In this document: piece after piece, positions 41,824 through 51,382 of the stretch
How positions within the stretch are numbered: the first letter of the stretch is position 1
Layout of the letters: each line of letters starts with the position of its first letter
Assembly: GCA_963764165.1 (NCBI GenBank)
Contig: CAVXRD010000002.1
Span: forward strand, 1,088,001-1,152,000
DNA from: an uncultured Verrucomicrobiae bacterium
GTDB lineage: Bacteria; Verrucomicrobiota; Verrucomicrobiia; Limisphaerales; Palsa-1400
Reading direction: 5' to 3'
DNA: 64,000 bases
Made by a program: the position numbers and the translations under genes
The notes under the pieces: model-generated
What the model was told of the DNA's origin: nothing
Databases searched by the model: none
Seen by the model: the letters and a program-made list of their open reading frames with translations, nothing else

Positions 41824-43431
41824 CTAATTTGACAGTCGGTAAAACTGCTCCGTGCCGAAGATGGCATTCGTCACGGTGTTATTTGTGTTGACGACGACCG
41901 GCGCTGGGGAGACGGCTGTCCAGACCGCTGATGAGCCAAGGTTGGTGGCGGATTGCAAAGTGAAGCCGATCGCATTCGTAGGCCACGTCAAAAGGACATT
42001 TAGCCCAGAAAGAATAATTGTCAGTTGCGGCGGTGGTATCTGTGCAAAATTTGCCACCAGATTGCGGTCGCCGCTCAGCGTAAAATTGTAGCTGGCGGAG
42101 GCACTAACCACGCTTCCGTTCTCCGTCCAGTTGGTGAATTCATAACCGCTGTTTGCCGTGGCGGTCACCGTCTGTGAAGTGCCTGAAGCGAATGTGCCAC
42201 CGCCGCCAACCGTGCCGCCAATACTGGGCGAGGCGCTGACAGCGATGGCATACATAATCTGATTGAAATTCGCCACCAGATTGCGATTGCCATTGAGTGT
42301 GAAATTGTAGCTCTCAGAGGAACTAACCACGCTTCCATTTTCCGTCCAGTTAATGAATACATAACCGCTGTTTGCCGTGGCGGTCACCGTCTGTGAAGTG
42401 CCTGAAGCGAATGTGCCACCGCCGCCAACCGTGCCGCCAATGCTGGGCGAGGCGCTGACGGCAATGATATAGGTAATCTGTGTGAAGTTAGCAACCAATG
42501 CGGTATCCGCACTAACTGTGAATGGATAACTTGCCGAAGTGCTGACGACGCTTCCGCCAACAGTCCAATTAGCAAATGTGTAACCGGAGTTTGGGGTTGC
42601 TGTGACTGTAGCCGTCGTCCAATCATCGTATGTGCCCCCACCGCCGGTGTTCCCACCGTTACTCGGTGATGAGCTTGTTGTCATAGCCCACTGTTGCTCG
42701 AACGTAAGGCTTTCGGGATACCACGGGTTTACGGGAGAATTAGGTATTGTCTGCACAATCGCCCCAGAGCTAGGATTGATCTTCTCGATGCTCCCCCCGT
42801 TGTTTTCGACGAGCCAAAGATAGCCTCCTCCGTAGGTGAGACTATTGGGATACCACGGGTTTACGGGAGAATTAGGTATTGTCTGCACGATCGCCCCAGA
42901 GCTAGGATTGATCTTCTCGATGCTCACACCGTTGTTCTCGACGAGCCAAAGATAGCCTCCTCCGTAGGTGAGACTATTGGGATACCACGTGTTTACGGGA
43001 GAATTAGGTATTGTCTGCACGATCGCCCCAGAGCTAGGATTGATCTTCTCGATGCTCACCCCGTTGTTCTCGACGAGCCAAAGATAGCCTCCTCCGTAGG
43101 TGAGACTATTGGGATACCACGTGTTTACGGGAGAATTAGGTATTGTCTGCACAATCGCCCCAGAGCTAGGATTGATCTTCTCGATGCTCACCCCGTTGTT
43201 CTCGACGAGCCAAAGATAGCCTCCTCCGTAGGTGAGACTATTGGGATACCACGTGTTTACGGGAGAATTAGGTATTGTCTGCACGATCGCCCCAGAGCTA
43301 GGATTGATCTTCTCGATGCTCACCCCGTTGTTCTCGACGAGCCAAAGATAGCCACTATTGGACAATGCTGTTAACGGAGTCGCGACGAGGATAACTAAAA
43401 CACCCAAAATGATTTTCTGTACGATTCGCAT
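41824..43431 (-). CDS. Secreted protein: five near-identical 44-aa beta-propeller-blade repeats, three InlB-B-like repeats and shared C-terminal domain
   Basis: Signal peptide; (GYLWLVENNGVSIEKINPSSGAIVQTIPNSPVNTWYPNSLTYGG)x5; TVTAT.NSGY.F.NWT repeats; ...EQFYRLSN. Confidence 0.85.
   Translation of the reverse strand: MRIVQKIILGVLVILVATPLTALSNSGYLWLVENNGVSIEKINPSSGAIVQTIPNSPVNTWYPNSLTYGGGYLWLVENNGVSIEKINPSSGAIVQTIPNSPVNTWYPNSLTYGGGYLWLVENNGVSIEKINPSSGAIVQTIPNSPVNTWYPNSLTYGGGYLWLVENNGVSIEKINPSSGAIVQTIPNSPVNPWYPNSLTYGGGYLWLVENNGGSIEKINPSSGAIVQTIPNSPVNPWYPESLTFEQQWAMTTSSSPSNGGNTGGGGTYDDWTTATVTATPNSGYTFANWTVGGSVVSTSASYPFTVSADTALVANFTQITYIIAVSASPSIGGTVGGGGTFASGTSQTVTATANSGYVFINWTENGSVVSSSESYNFTLNGNRNLVANFNQIMYAIAVSASPSIGGTVGGGGTFASGTSQTVTATANSGYEFTNWTENGSVVSASASYNFTLSGDRNLVANFAQIPPPQLTIILSGLNVLLTWPTNAIGFTLQSATNLGSSAVWTAVSPAPVVVNTNNTVTNAIFGTEQFYRLSN
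42694..43353 (-). repeat. Intragenic tandem repeat, 5 x 132 bp
   Basis: Units differ at only a few bases; the last unit diverges at its 3' end. Confidence 0.95.
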
Positions 43432-43883
43432 TATTCAAATCTTTGGCGAATTTACATTTATTTCACCAGTGTCCCAGGCGTCGGCGTCGACGTTGCGGGC
43501 GGGACGTGATGATCCGGCGGGAAGATGCCCAGTTTGAGTTCGGCGCGGGACGGGGTTGGCCGGGTCAATCGCCGGAAATTCCAGGTCGGCGGCGTATTGG
43601 ATAGTCAAATCGGGATTTCCCATTTGGTTTCTTGCCCACTACCAGCGTGAGCCTTTTTCGTGATTTTCCTCTTGCTCCAAAGATTTGCAAGTCCTTTTCC
43701 AGTCTGCCTTTGGGGTTTCTCTGGCACAGGGGGTAACGCGGCCAAGGCAAGATGGACGAAAATCAAGGCGGCGAAGAAATGGACCTTTTGGCGTTTTCTG
43801 AAAGGCTGGAGTTTTAGCCGACTCCAAGCCTTTCAATTTGAGGCCGCAAACCGAACTGATGAACAATTGAGAGCTGTGAAAGG

Positions 43884-43943
43884 GTCCTAGAAAAATGACA
43901 GTTTTGCTTTCTCATCTGGTCCGTTCTGTTGATAAAAGGCGTT
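43884..43943 (-). repeat. Right arm of the ~60-bp inverted-repeat pair
   Basis: Reverse complement AACGCCTTTTATCAACAGAACGGACCAGATGAGAAAGCAAAACTGTCATTTTTCTAGGAC; 5 mismatches and 1 gap versus the left arm. Confidence 0.85.
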
Positions 43944-44221
43944 GTTTCATTTTTTCCAGCTTTCTGCTCGTCTTCCGTCTTCGCCGAGGCTGCCCCCTTC
44001 GCTGCAGCTTCCTCCTTCGCTAAAGCTTCGGAGGACGAGACGGCGGATAGGAGGCTTCGCGCTGGTCGCGCGTTGGCGAGACCCGTCTTCGCAAACATTT
44101 CGGAGGGCTGGCCACTTTTCCTGATTCAGGTTGGATGGCAGGCTGATCCGCTGTCATCAGCAAACTTGATTTTTTAACGATTCCCCGCTCCGGGTGTGAT
44201 TGAAAGCGGGTGCGAATATTT

Positions 44222-44343
44222 GGGCGGACACGCAGGTCCGCCCTACCAAAATTGGGGCAGGGCGAGACTCTGTCGAGCCCATTATGGATTTTTCGACTTT
44301 GGCGGAAAGACTTAATCAGGGCTCGACAGAGTCTCGCCCTACC
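44222..44343. repeat. GTAG-type REP cluster/doublet
   Basis: gggcggac..gtccgccctacc, then ggcagggcgagactctgtcgagccc ... gggctcgacagagtctcgccctacc; degenerate relative at ~20350..20449. Confidence 0.75.
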
Positions 44344-44397
44344 GAACGTGTTTTTACAGCTTGTTTCGGCGGCGGTCTCTCGCACACTGAGCGCTTC

Positions 44398-45363
44398 GTG
44401 AGCGAAAAATCACATGTCGTCGTAACCGGTGGGGCGGGGTTCATTGGCTCGCACCTTGTCGAAAGGCTGCTGGCGGAGGACCACGCCGTGACCGTCATTG
44501 ACGATCTTTCCACCGGCCGGTTGGAAAATCTGGATTCCGTGAAGTCCCACAAAGATTTAAGGATCGTGGTTTCCAAGGTTTCCGCGCTGGCCGATTTGCA
44601 AACGATCGTGGCCAGGTCACAGTTCATTTATCATCTTGCGGCGGCGGTGGGTGTCGAACTGGTGATGGCTTCCAGCCTGCGCACAATCCAAACCAATCTG
44701 CACGAGACGGAATTCATCATGGACGCGGCGACGGCAGCCAAAGTCCCCGTGCTGCTGGCCTCGACTTCCGAGGTTTACGGCAAGAGCCAGCGCGACGCGT
44801 TTTCCGAAGAGGACGATTTGCTGATTGGGCCGCCGCATTTGAGCCGGTGGAGCTACGCCTGCTCGAAGTTGATGGATGAATTCCTCGCGCTCGGGCATTT
44901 TCGCGAATACCAGACGCCCGTCATCATCACCCGGCTGTTCAACACCGTCGGCCCGCGCCAGACGGGGCAATATGGGATGGTGCTGCCGCGTTTCATCGAA
45001 GCCGCCAAAGCCGGGAAGCCCCTTCGGGTTTTTGGCGATGGAAAACAAACGCGCTGTTTTTGTTCCGTGAATGATACGGTGAAAGCGTTGTTGCTGCTGA
45101 AGGATTGCCCTAAAGCGCGCGGCGAAATTTTCAATATCGGATCCACCGAGGAAGTGAGCATTGTTCGATTGGCCGAGACGGTCATTGAAATTCTTCAGTC
45201 CTCGTCAACCATCGAATACATTCCTTACGACAAAGCGTGCGCGCCGGGCTTTCAGGACATGCTGCGGCGGAAACCGGTGGTTGCAAAACTTGGGCGGTAT
45301 GTCGGCTTTCGGCCAGGCACGACCCTTCGCGAAATCATTCGCCAAACGGCGCTGGGCGGTTAG
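44398..45363 (+). CDS. NAD-dependent nucleotide-sugar epimerase/dehydratase
   Basis: VTGGAGFIGSHL, HLAAAVGV, STSEVYGK, YACSK, RLFNTVGPRQ; GTG start at 44398. Confidence 0.92.
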   Translation: MSEKSHVVVTGGAGFIGSHLVERLLAEDHAVTVIDDLSTGRLENLDSVKSHKDLRIVVSKVSALADLQTIVARSQFIYHLAAAVGVELVMASSLRTIQTNLHETEFIMDAATAAKVPVLLASTSEVYGKSQRDAFSEEDDLLIGPPHLSRWSYACSKLMDEFLALGHFREYQTPVIITRLFNTVGPRQTGQYGMVLPRFIEAAKAGKPLRVFGDGKQTRCFCSVNDTVKALLLLKDCPKARGEIFNIGSTEEVSIVRLAETVIEILQSSSTIEYIPYDKACAPGFQDMLRRKPVVAKLGRYVGFRPGTTLREIIRQTALGG

Positions 45364-45373
45364 CTGTCCGAAA

Positions 45374-45751
45374 TTACTGCTTTGGGCAACGCCGTTTGAT
45401 GGTTGCCCAATAGACCAGCGCGATCAATAGCGGCTGGAAGGGAAGCCTTGCCCACAAGATCCAGCGCGCGATGTTCACACCTTTCCATCCGTGCAGGGCC
45501 ACTTGCAAGTTTGCCGGAAAAACTGCGACCAGAAGCGCGATCAAACCCCAGCCAGCCCACACTCGCGTCTGCGGAATAAGAACGCCAATGCCGCCCGCTA
45601 TCTCCGCCCCGCCGCTGATGATATTGAGCGCCTCGGGCTTTGGCAGATACGGCGGAATCATCGAGAGATACGGCGCCGGATTGAGAAAGTGATTTGCACC
45701 GGCTCCCACGAAAAACAAACCGAGCAGCCATACGACGACATTGCGAGTCAT
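45374..45751 (-). CDS. DoxX-like membrane protein
   Basis: AGANHF.NP..Y..MIPPYLP, SG.AEI, VFPAN, RLPFQ. Confidence 0.8.
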   Translation of the reverse strand: MTRNVVVWLLGLFFVGAGANHFLNPAPYLSMIPPYLPKPEALNIISGGAEIAGGIGVLIPQTRVWAGWGLIALLVAVFPANLQVALHGWKGVNIARWILWARLPFQPLLIALVYWATIKRRCPKQ

Positions 45752-45838
45752 GCTGGCGCACAGCCTAGCTTGCTTGCGCAGAATGCCAATCCCCTAACGC
45801 AATCGTCGCAGTGACAAAAAGAATTGCCCGAAGGAAAT

Positions 45839-45927
45839 TAACAGAAGGCAACGAAGTGAACGAAGAGGGACAAGTCGTCCGGTCTGTGCTCTGGTCCTTC
45901 TTCGTGTGCTTCGTTGCCTTCTGTTGA
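45839..45927. repeat. Intergenic inverted repeat (ACAGAAGGCAACGAAG family)
   Basis: aacagaaggcaacgaag ... cttcgttgccttctgtt. Confidence 0.7.
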
Positions 45928-45976
45928 TTCTGGTCCGGGTGACGGATAAACGAGGCACACCCCTTTCCAAATCGCG

Positions 45977-46159
45977 TTACGAAACGACAAATTTGTGCGC
46001 GCCGCGGAATTCGACGAGGTTCATCTTCAGCGCGAGTTGAATAATTCCCGCCGCTTTTTGCTGTCCCCACGTTTTGTAGACGCCGTTTACAAAATCGCCG
46101 AACGTCAACGGCCTCTTGCTCGATTGGGGTTTCATTCTCGGATTCTGCTTCAATTTCAT
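45977..46159 (-). CDS. Small hypothetical protein
   Basis: LTFGDFVNGVYKTWGQQKAAGIIQLALKMNLVEF; co-oriented with neighbours. Confidence 0.55.
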   Translation of the reverse strand: MKLKQNPRMKPQSSKRPLTFGDFVNGVYKTWGQQKAAGIIQLALKMNLVEFRGAHKFVVS

Positions 46160-46197
46160 ACGAGAGATAACCCCGCATCGGTTGGATTTGTTTCGGA

Positions 46198-46599
46198 TCA
46201 ATTTTCGTGATCTTCGTCCGGCGTTGAATCGCCGGAGTCTTGCGCGGCGAGCAATGCGTTTATCTCAGGATCGATGGCGAGCCGCAGCAGGCGCTGCAAT
46301 TCCGGGTCCATGTATTGCAGGGTTTCTGGAATGTCCAACACCTCAATCGGCGGCAGCCTCGAATCGCGAAATCGTTCTTGTATCCGCGCCTTGTGACCGC
46401 GCTCCATGACAAAGATGACATCGGCCCAATTTACGTCGGCTTCGCTGATGAGATGTTTTGCGCTGGAGCTCACGCCCGCCGATTTCACCGCCAGGCGCGG
46501 ATCGGATCGGTAAAGCATCTCCGCAGTGGGGCTGCGCCATCGGTTCAGGCTGCAGACGAAAAGAATGCGCAGGCGGTTGGTCATCGTTTCTTCGTTCAT
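46198..46599 (-). CDS. Low-molecular-weight protein tyrosine phosphatase-like protein
   Basis: ILFVCSLNRWRSPTAE, SAG, WADVIFVME, LDIP. Confidence 0.85.
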   Translation of the reverse strand: MNEETMTNRLRILFVCSLNRWRSPTAEMLYRSDPRLAVKSAGVSSSAKHLISEADVNWADVIFVMERGHKARIQERFRDSRLPPIEVLDIPETLQYMDPELQRLLRLAIDPEINALLAAQDSGDSTPDEDHEN

Positions 46600-46816
46600 T
46601 GGGCAGGATAAGGCTACGAGGCGCGGCAGTCCGGTGGAAGCATCAAATGGCTTTGGCGCGATCGATGCAGTTGGATTTGGGAGCGCCAGCCGTCATGACC
46701 GCACAGCGACATGCACGAGGCCTGCACGCGGGGAGCCAATGGCTGCATGATCAAGCCCGGCAAAGAACCCATTTGGAATCCAGGCTTGGCACTGGCTTGG
46801 CCAAAGCTCGGTATAG

Positions 46817-46920
46817 TGTATGATCTCGAAAAAGGGGCAACACCCGCTACACGGTTGACCATCAACGAGATAAGGGGCAACAAAAATGGCAACAAACCCG
46901 CAACAGACCCGCAACATTTC
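46817..46920 (+). repeat. Element A copy 3
   Basis: GCAACA at 46837, 46877, 46889, 46900 and 46911; same 40/12/11 spacing as copy 1. Confidence 0.78.
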
Positions 46921-47197
46921 TTCCCGCGCTGTCGGGTTGCATGAAACGCGGCGTCTTTCCGCCGTTCCCTGAAATTTTCATCAAGATGCCTGCACCATCA
47001 TTGTTCCATTGAAAACAGCGAGGAACCCTCCATTGGCCGCTACAACCCGCTACATTCCCTCCGAGGGTATCCAATCCAATGAAACAATACGTTTTCCATG
47101 GCATCCTGCAGCCTTCAGTTATCGCCGGCCATTTTCCGTTTTCTGGGCCTCTCGCAAGAGGCCGGAAGGCCGGCGCTCACCAAAGGACGGAGAAACT

Positions 47198-47266
47198 GGC
47201 CACGGATTCACACCGATCCGCACAGATTCTTGATGAATCTGTGCGGATATGTGTGAATCTGCGGCT
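47198..47266. repeat. CAGAT/ATCTG-type imperfect palindrome; related sequences at ~14540, ~19650..19785 and ~22653
   Basis: gccacggattcacaccgatccgcacagatt ... aatctgtgcggatatgtgtgaatctgcggc. Confidence 0.65.
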
Positions 47267-47297
47267 TTTTTGCCCGGTGGGATTGCCTTCTCAAACG

Positions 47298-47347
47298 TTG
47301 ACAACTCCCCCCGCTGGCCTATTCTTGAAGCGGACTAAATTCGTCCG
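47298..47347 (+). promoter_or_regulatory. suf promoter with a palindromic operator
   Basis: TTGACA(47298)-16 bp-TATTCT(47320), then CGGAC-TAAATTC-GTCCG (47331..47347) 2 nt before the sufB ATG. Confidence 0.65.
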
Positions 47348-47349
47348 AT

Positions 47350-48795
47350 ATGGAAGCCACCACAGATCCAATTGAGAGTTTTGTTAAATCCGAATACAAA
47401 TACGGGTTTACCAGTGAAATCGAGACCGAGGCCTTTCCGCCTGGGTTGAGCGAGGACGTTGTGCGCCGGATTTCCCAAGTCAAGGGCGAGCCGGAATTCA
47501 TGCTCGATTGGCGCATCAAGGCCTTCCGCCGCTGGCAAACGATGACGGAGCCGCATTGGCCCAACGTTCAATACCCGCCCATCAATTATCAGGATTACAT
47601 CTATTACGCTGTGCCAAAAGCGAAGAAGAAGCTCAACAGCCTGGATGAAGTGGATCCCAAGACGCGCGAGTTGTTCGACAAGCTCGGCATTTCCCTCACC
47701 GAACAAAAGCGCCTTTCCAACGTGGCCGTCGACGCCGTGTTGGACAGCGCTTCAGTTGCGACGACTTTCCGCGAAGAGCTGGCCAAAGTTGGCGTTATAT
47801 TCTGCTCGTTTTCCGAGGCGGTGAAGAACCATCCCGATCTGGTCAAAAAATATCTTGGCACCGTCGTGCCGCCGGGAGACAACTTTTTCTCGGCCCTGAA
47901 TTCGGCCGTGTTCAGCGACGGCTCGTTCTGCTACATCCCGAAGGGCGTCCGCTGCCCGATGGAACTTTCGACCTATTTCCGCATGAACACCGCCAACGCG
48001 GGGCAATTCGAGCGGACTTTGATCATCGCAGACGAAGGCAGTTACGTCAGTTACCTTGAAGGCTGCACCGCCCCGATGCGCGATGAAAACCAGCTCCACG
48101 CCGCTGTGGTGGAATTGATCGCGATGGAAAACGCCGAGATCAAATATTCCACCGTGCAGAACTGGTACCCCGGCGATGCCGAAGGCAAAGGGGGCATCTA
48201 TAATTTCGTGACCAAGCGCGGCAAGTGCGCCGGCCGCAATTCCAAAATTTCATGGACGCAAGTCGAAACCGGCTCCTCCATCACCTGGAAATATCCGAGC
48301 GTGCTCCTGCTTGGCGAAAATTCCGTGGGCGAATTTTATTCGGTCGCGCTGACGAACCATCGCCAGCAGGCCGATACCGGCACAAAGATGATCCACGTCG
48401 GGCGCAACACCAGCAGCACGATTGTGTCAAAAGGAATTTCCGCCGGGCGCGGCCAGAACAGCTATCGCGGCCTGGTGCAGATTCGCCCGAGCGCGGCCAA
48501 CGCGCGCAATTATTCGCAGTGCGATTCCCTGCTCCTGGGCGACCGCTGCGGCGCGCACACATTCCCGTATCTCGAAGTCGGCAACAGCACAGCCACCGTC
48601 GAGCACGAGGCATCCACCTCGAAGATCGGCGAAGACCAGATTTTTTATTGCAACCAACGCGGCATCTCCACGCAGGACGCTGTCAATATGATTGTCAACG
48701 GATACTGCAAGGAAGTGTTCAGCCATCTGCCCATGGAATTCGCGGTTGAAGCCCAGGCGCTCCTGGGTGTCAGCCTCGAAGGCAGCGTCGGTTGA
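47350..48795 (+). CDS. sufB: Fe-S cluster assembly protein SufB
   Basis: [41 protein letters not shown]. Confidence 0.98.
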   Translation: MEATTDPIESFVKSEYKYGFTSEIETEAFPPGLSEDVVRRISQVKGEPEFMLDWRIKAFRRWQTMTEPHWPNVQYPPINYQDYIYYAVPKAKKKLNSLDEVDPKTRELFDKLGISLTEQKRLSNVAVDAVLDSASVATTFREELAKVGVIFCSFSEAVKNHPDLVKKYLGTVVPPGDNFFSALNSAVFSDGSFCYIPKGVRCPMELSTYFRMNTANAGQFERTLIIADEGSYVSYLEGCTAPMRDENQLHAAVVELIAMENAEIKYSTVQNWYPGDAEGKGGIYNFVTKRGKCAGRNSKISWTQVETGSSITWKYPSVLLLGENSVGEFYSVALTNHRQQADTGTKMIHVGRNTSSTIVSKGISAGRGQNSYRGLVQIRPSAANARNYSQCDSLLLGDRCGAHTFPYLEVGNSTATVEHEASTSKIGEDQIFYCNQRGISTQDAVNMIVNGYCKEVFSHLPMEFAVEAQALLGVSLEGSVG

Positions 48796-48814
48796 TTCAG
48801 AATTTCATCCAACT

Positions 48815-49579
48815 ATGCTCGAAATCTCCAACTTAACCGCCGGTGTCGCCGGAAAGGAAATCCTCAAGGGCCTGAACCTCTCGGTCAAAGCCGGTGAAGT
48901 CCACGCCATCATGGGACCCAACGGCAGCGGCAAAAGCACATTGGCCCAAGTCCTCGCCGGCAAAGGCGAATACGAAGTGACCGGCGGATCGGTCACGTTC
49001 GACGGCGCGGACATTCTTGAATTGAAGCCCGAGGAACGGGCGCGGGCCGGGATTTTTCTCGCCTTTCAATACCCGGTCGAAATTCCCGGCGTCAACAGCA
49101 CGGTTTTCTTGAAGGCGGCTTACAACGAATGCCGCAAAGCCCGCGGCGAGCAGGAATTGGACGCGGTTGAATTCCTCGCGCTTGTCAAAAAGAAGTCGAA
49201 GATCCTCGAATTGGATCCGGCGCTGATGAACCGCGCTGTCAATGTGGGTTTCTCCGGCGGCGAAAAGAAGCGCAACGAGATTTTTCAAATGGCCGTCCTG
49301 GAGCCGAAGCTCGCCATTCTGGACGAGACGGATTCCGGCCTGGACATCGACGCGTTGAAGATCGTTTCCGGCGGCGTCAACAAATTGCGCACCCCGCGGA
49401 ACGCCACGGTCGTCATTACCCACTACCAGCGCTTGCTGGATTATATCGTCCCCGATTTTGTGCATGTGCTCGCGCACGGCAAAATCATCAAATCCGGCGG
49501 CAAGGAGCTGGCGCTGGAATTGGAAAAGCGCGGCTACGATTGGGTGCTCGAATCCTTTGGCAGCAACGGGAAGGCATAA
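48815..49579 (+). CDS. sufC: Fe-S cluster assembly ATPase SufC
   Basis: GPNGSGKST, FQYPVEIPGV, FSGGEKKRNE, LDETDSGLDIDAL. Confidence 0.98.
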   Translation: MLEISNLTAGVAGKEILKGLNLSVKAGEVHAIMGPNGSGKSTLAQVLAGKGEYEVTGGSVTFDGADILELKPEERARAGIFLAFQYPVEIPGVNSTVFLKAAYNECRKARGEQELDAVEFLALVKKKSKILELDPALMNRAVNVGFSGGEKKRNEIFQMAVLEPKLAILDETDSGLDIDALKIVSGGVNKLRTPRNATVVITHYQRLLDYIVPDFVHVLAHGKIIKSGGKELALELEKRGYDWVLESFGSNGKA

Positions 49580-50916
49580 TGGAATCCGCGAAACACACGG
49601 ACAACACCGCGGTGGCGGTCGGATTTCTGGCGGGCAAGCCGGGTCCTGGCCCCGCGTGGCTGCAAACGTTGCGCCAATCCGCCCAGGCGAAGCTGGCTGA
49701 CTTTGGATTTCCGAAATCGGACGACGAGGAATGGCGTTTCACGAAGATTTCCCCGCTGTTGGAATGGCCCCTGCACGCACCCTCAACGGATTCGCAGAAA
49801 ATTACTGCAGAGGATATTAAACCTTTTCGTCTCGCTTCGGACGGCTATTGCCTCGTGTTCGTCGATGGGAAATTTGAGGAAGAACTTTCGACGCTTCCGC
49901 CCGCCGGCGCTCCGTTTCGCTGCGCCAGCTTGGCGTCCCATTGGGATACCAGCGGCGCTGAATTGGAAAAGACGCTGGCGCGCGCCACCCAGGCCGATGG
50001 CAATTATTTCTCCGCCCTGAACACCGCTTCGTTCGAGGACGGCGCTTACATTTCGATTCCCGCTGGAGTCGCGGTGGAGGAGCCAATTCAGATTCTTTAT
50101 TTGGCTGCCTCCGAAAAGACCGGCGCGTCGATTCACGCCCGCAATTTGATTGTGGCGCACCAGAGCAGCTCGGCCAAAATCATCGAGAGTTACGCCAGCT
50201 TGACCGAGTCGCCGCACTTCACCAATTCGGTCACGGAATTGATTCTCGATCCAAACGCGAAAATTGAGCATTGCCGCGTGGAAAATGAAAACGAGCACGC
50301 ATATCACGTCGCGTGGATTCAGGGCATTTTGAGCCGCGATAGCTATTGGCTCTCGCACTCGATTGTGATGGGCGGGCGTTTGGTCCGAAATCAAATCCAG
50401 GCGCTGCTCAATTCCGAAAGTTGCCAGGCCGTTCTCAACGGGCTTTACATGGGCAGCGGCGAGCAGTTGATCGATCACCACACTGTGGTCGACCACTCCA
50501 AGCCGCGCTGCGAGAGCCACGAATATTATTTCGGCATTCTCGGCGGGCGGGCGCGCGGCGTTTTCAACGGGAAGATTTTCGTCCGCCAGGACGCGCAGAA
50601 GACGAACGCCAAGCAGACCAATCGCAACTTGGTTCTCTCCGACACTGCGTTGATCGACACCAAGCCGCAATTGGAAATTTACGCCGACGATGTGAAATGC
50701 ACCCACGGGGCGACGATTGGCCAATTGAACCAAGATGCCTTATTCTACTTGCAGGCCCGCGGCGTCGGCGCCGAAATGGCGCGGCGGATGCTGGTGCGGG
50801 CTTTTGCCAATGACGCGGTGGAGCGGATCACGATCGATTCCGCGCGCGAGTATTTGGAAAATTTGTTGACGCAGCGTTTTCAGGGATTGGAAATCCCGGC
50901 AGCCCATGGGCGATGA
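49579..50916 (+). CDS. sufD: Fe-S cluster assembly protein SufD
   Basis: EEWRFT, VFNGKIFV, KPQLEIYADDVKCTHGAT. Confidence 0.96.
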   Translation: MESAKHTDNTAVAVGFLAGKPGPGPAWLQTLRQSAQAKLADFGFPKSDDEEWRFTKISPLLEWPLHAPSTDSQKITAEDIKPFRLASDGYCLVFVDGKFEEELSTLPPAGAPFRCASLASHWDTSGAELEKTLARATQADGNYFSALNTASFEDGAYISIPAGVAVEEPIQILYLAASEKTGASIHARNLIVAHQSSSAKIIESYASLTESPHFTNSVTELILDPNAKIEHCRVENENEHAYHVAWIQGILSRDSYWLSHSIVMGGRLVRNQIQALLNSESCQAVLNGLYMGSGEQLIDHHTVVDHSKPRCESHEYYFGILGGRARGVFNGKIFVRQDAQKTNAKQTNRNLVLSDTALIDTKPQLEIYADDVKCTHGATIGQLNQDALFYLQARGVGAEMARRMLVRAFANDAVERITIDSAREYLENLLTQRFQGLEIPAAHGR

Positions 50917-51355
50917 ATTAAATGATTTGTATCAGGAAGTGATTCTGGATCACAGCCGGAAGCCCCGCAACTTCCATGTCCTGCCCGACGCCAATCGCTC
51001 GGCGGAAGGGAACAATCCACTCTGTGGCGATCGCTACACGGTGTATCTGAAACTGGAGGGCGATACGATCAAGGACATCAGCTTTCAAGGTTCCGGCTGC
51101 GCGATTTCCAAAGCGTCCGCCTCCATGATGACCGACCAGCTTAAGGGCAAGACGCTGTCCAATGCGCGCGACTTTTTTTCGCAATATCAATCGATGGTGA
51201 CGACCGGCAAAATGGACGAGGATTTCATGGGCAAATTGTGCGCTTTTGCTGGAGTTGCCCATTTTCCTATGCGCGTCAAATGCGCCATTCTCCCCTGGCA
51301 CGCCCTGCTCGCCGGGTTGGATGGCAAGGCGTCCGCATCGACGGACGTTCAATAA
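50906..51355 (+). CDS. sufU: SUF-system NifU-family protein SufU
   Basis: LYQEVILDH, NPLCGD, GSGCAISKASAS, RVKCA. Confidence 0.92.
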   Translation: MGDELNDLYQEVILDHSRKPRNFHVLPDANRSAEGNNPLCGDRYTVYLKLEGDTIKDISFQGSGCAISKASASMMTDQLKGKTLSNARDFFSQYQSMVTTGKMDEDFMGKLCAFAGVAHFPMRVKCAILPWHALLAGLDGKASASTDVQ

Positions 51356-51382
51356 ATCAAGACGGCGAGCGCTGTTACAGCC

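Noticed and set aside
42694..43353. Possible CRISPR array
   Set aside because: 132-bp contiguous in-frame coding repeats with no unique spacers and no cas genes.
42694..43374. 226-aa plus-strand repetitive ORF
   Set aside because: Antisense shadow of the tandem repeat; it stays open only because one stop-free unit is repeated.
43435..43700. Possible gene fragment upstream of the propeller gene
   Set aside because: Short protein-like stretches in shifting frames, but no family could be recognised.
38861..46920. Classical integron attC or XerC/D dif array
   Set aside because: No recurrent RYYYAAC...GTTRRRY boxes after each gene, no 11-6-11 dif pattern and no IntI seen.
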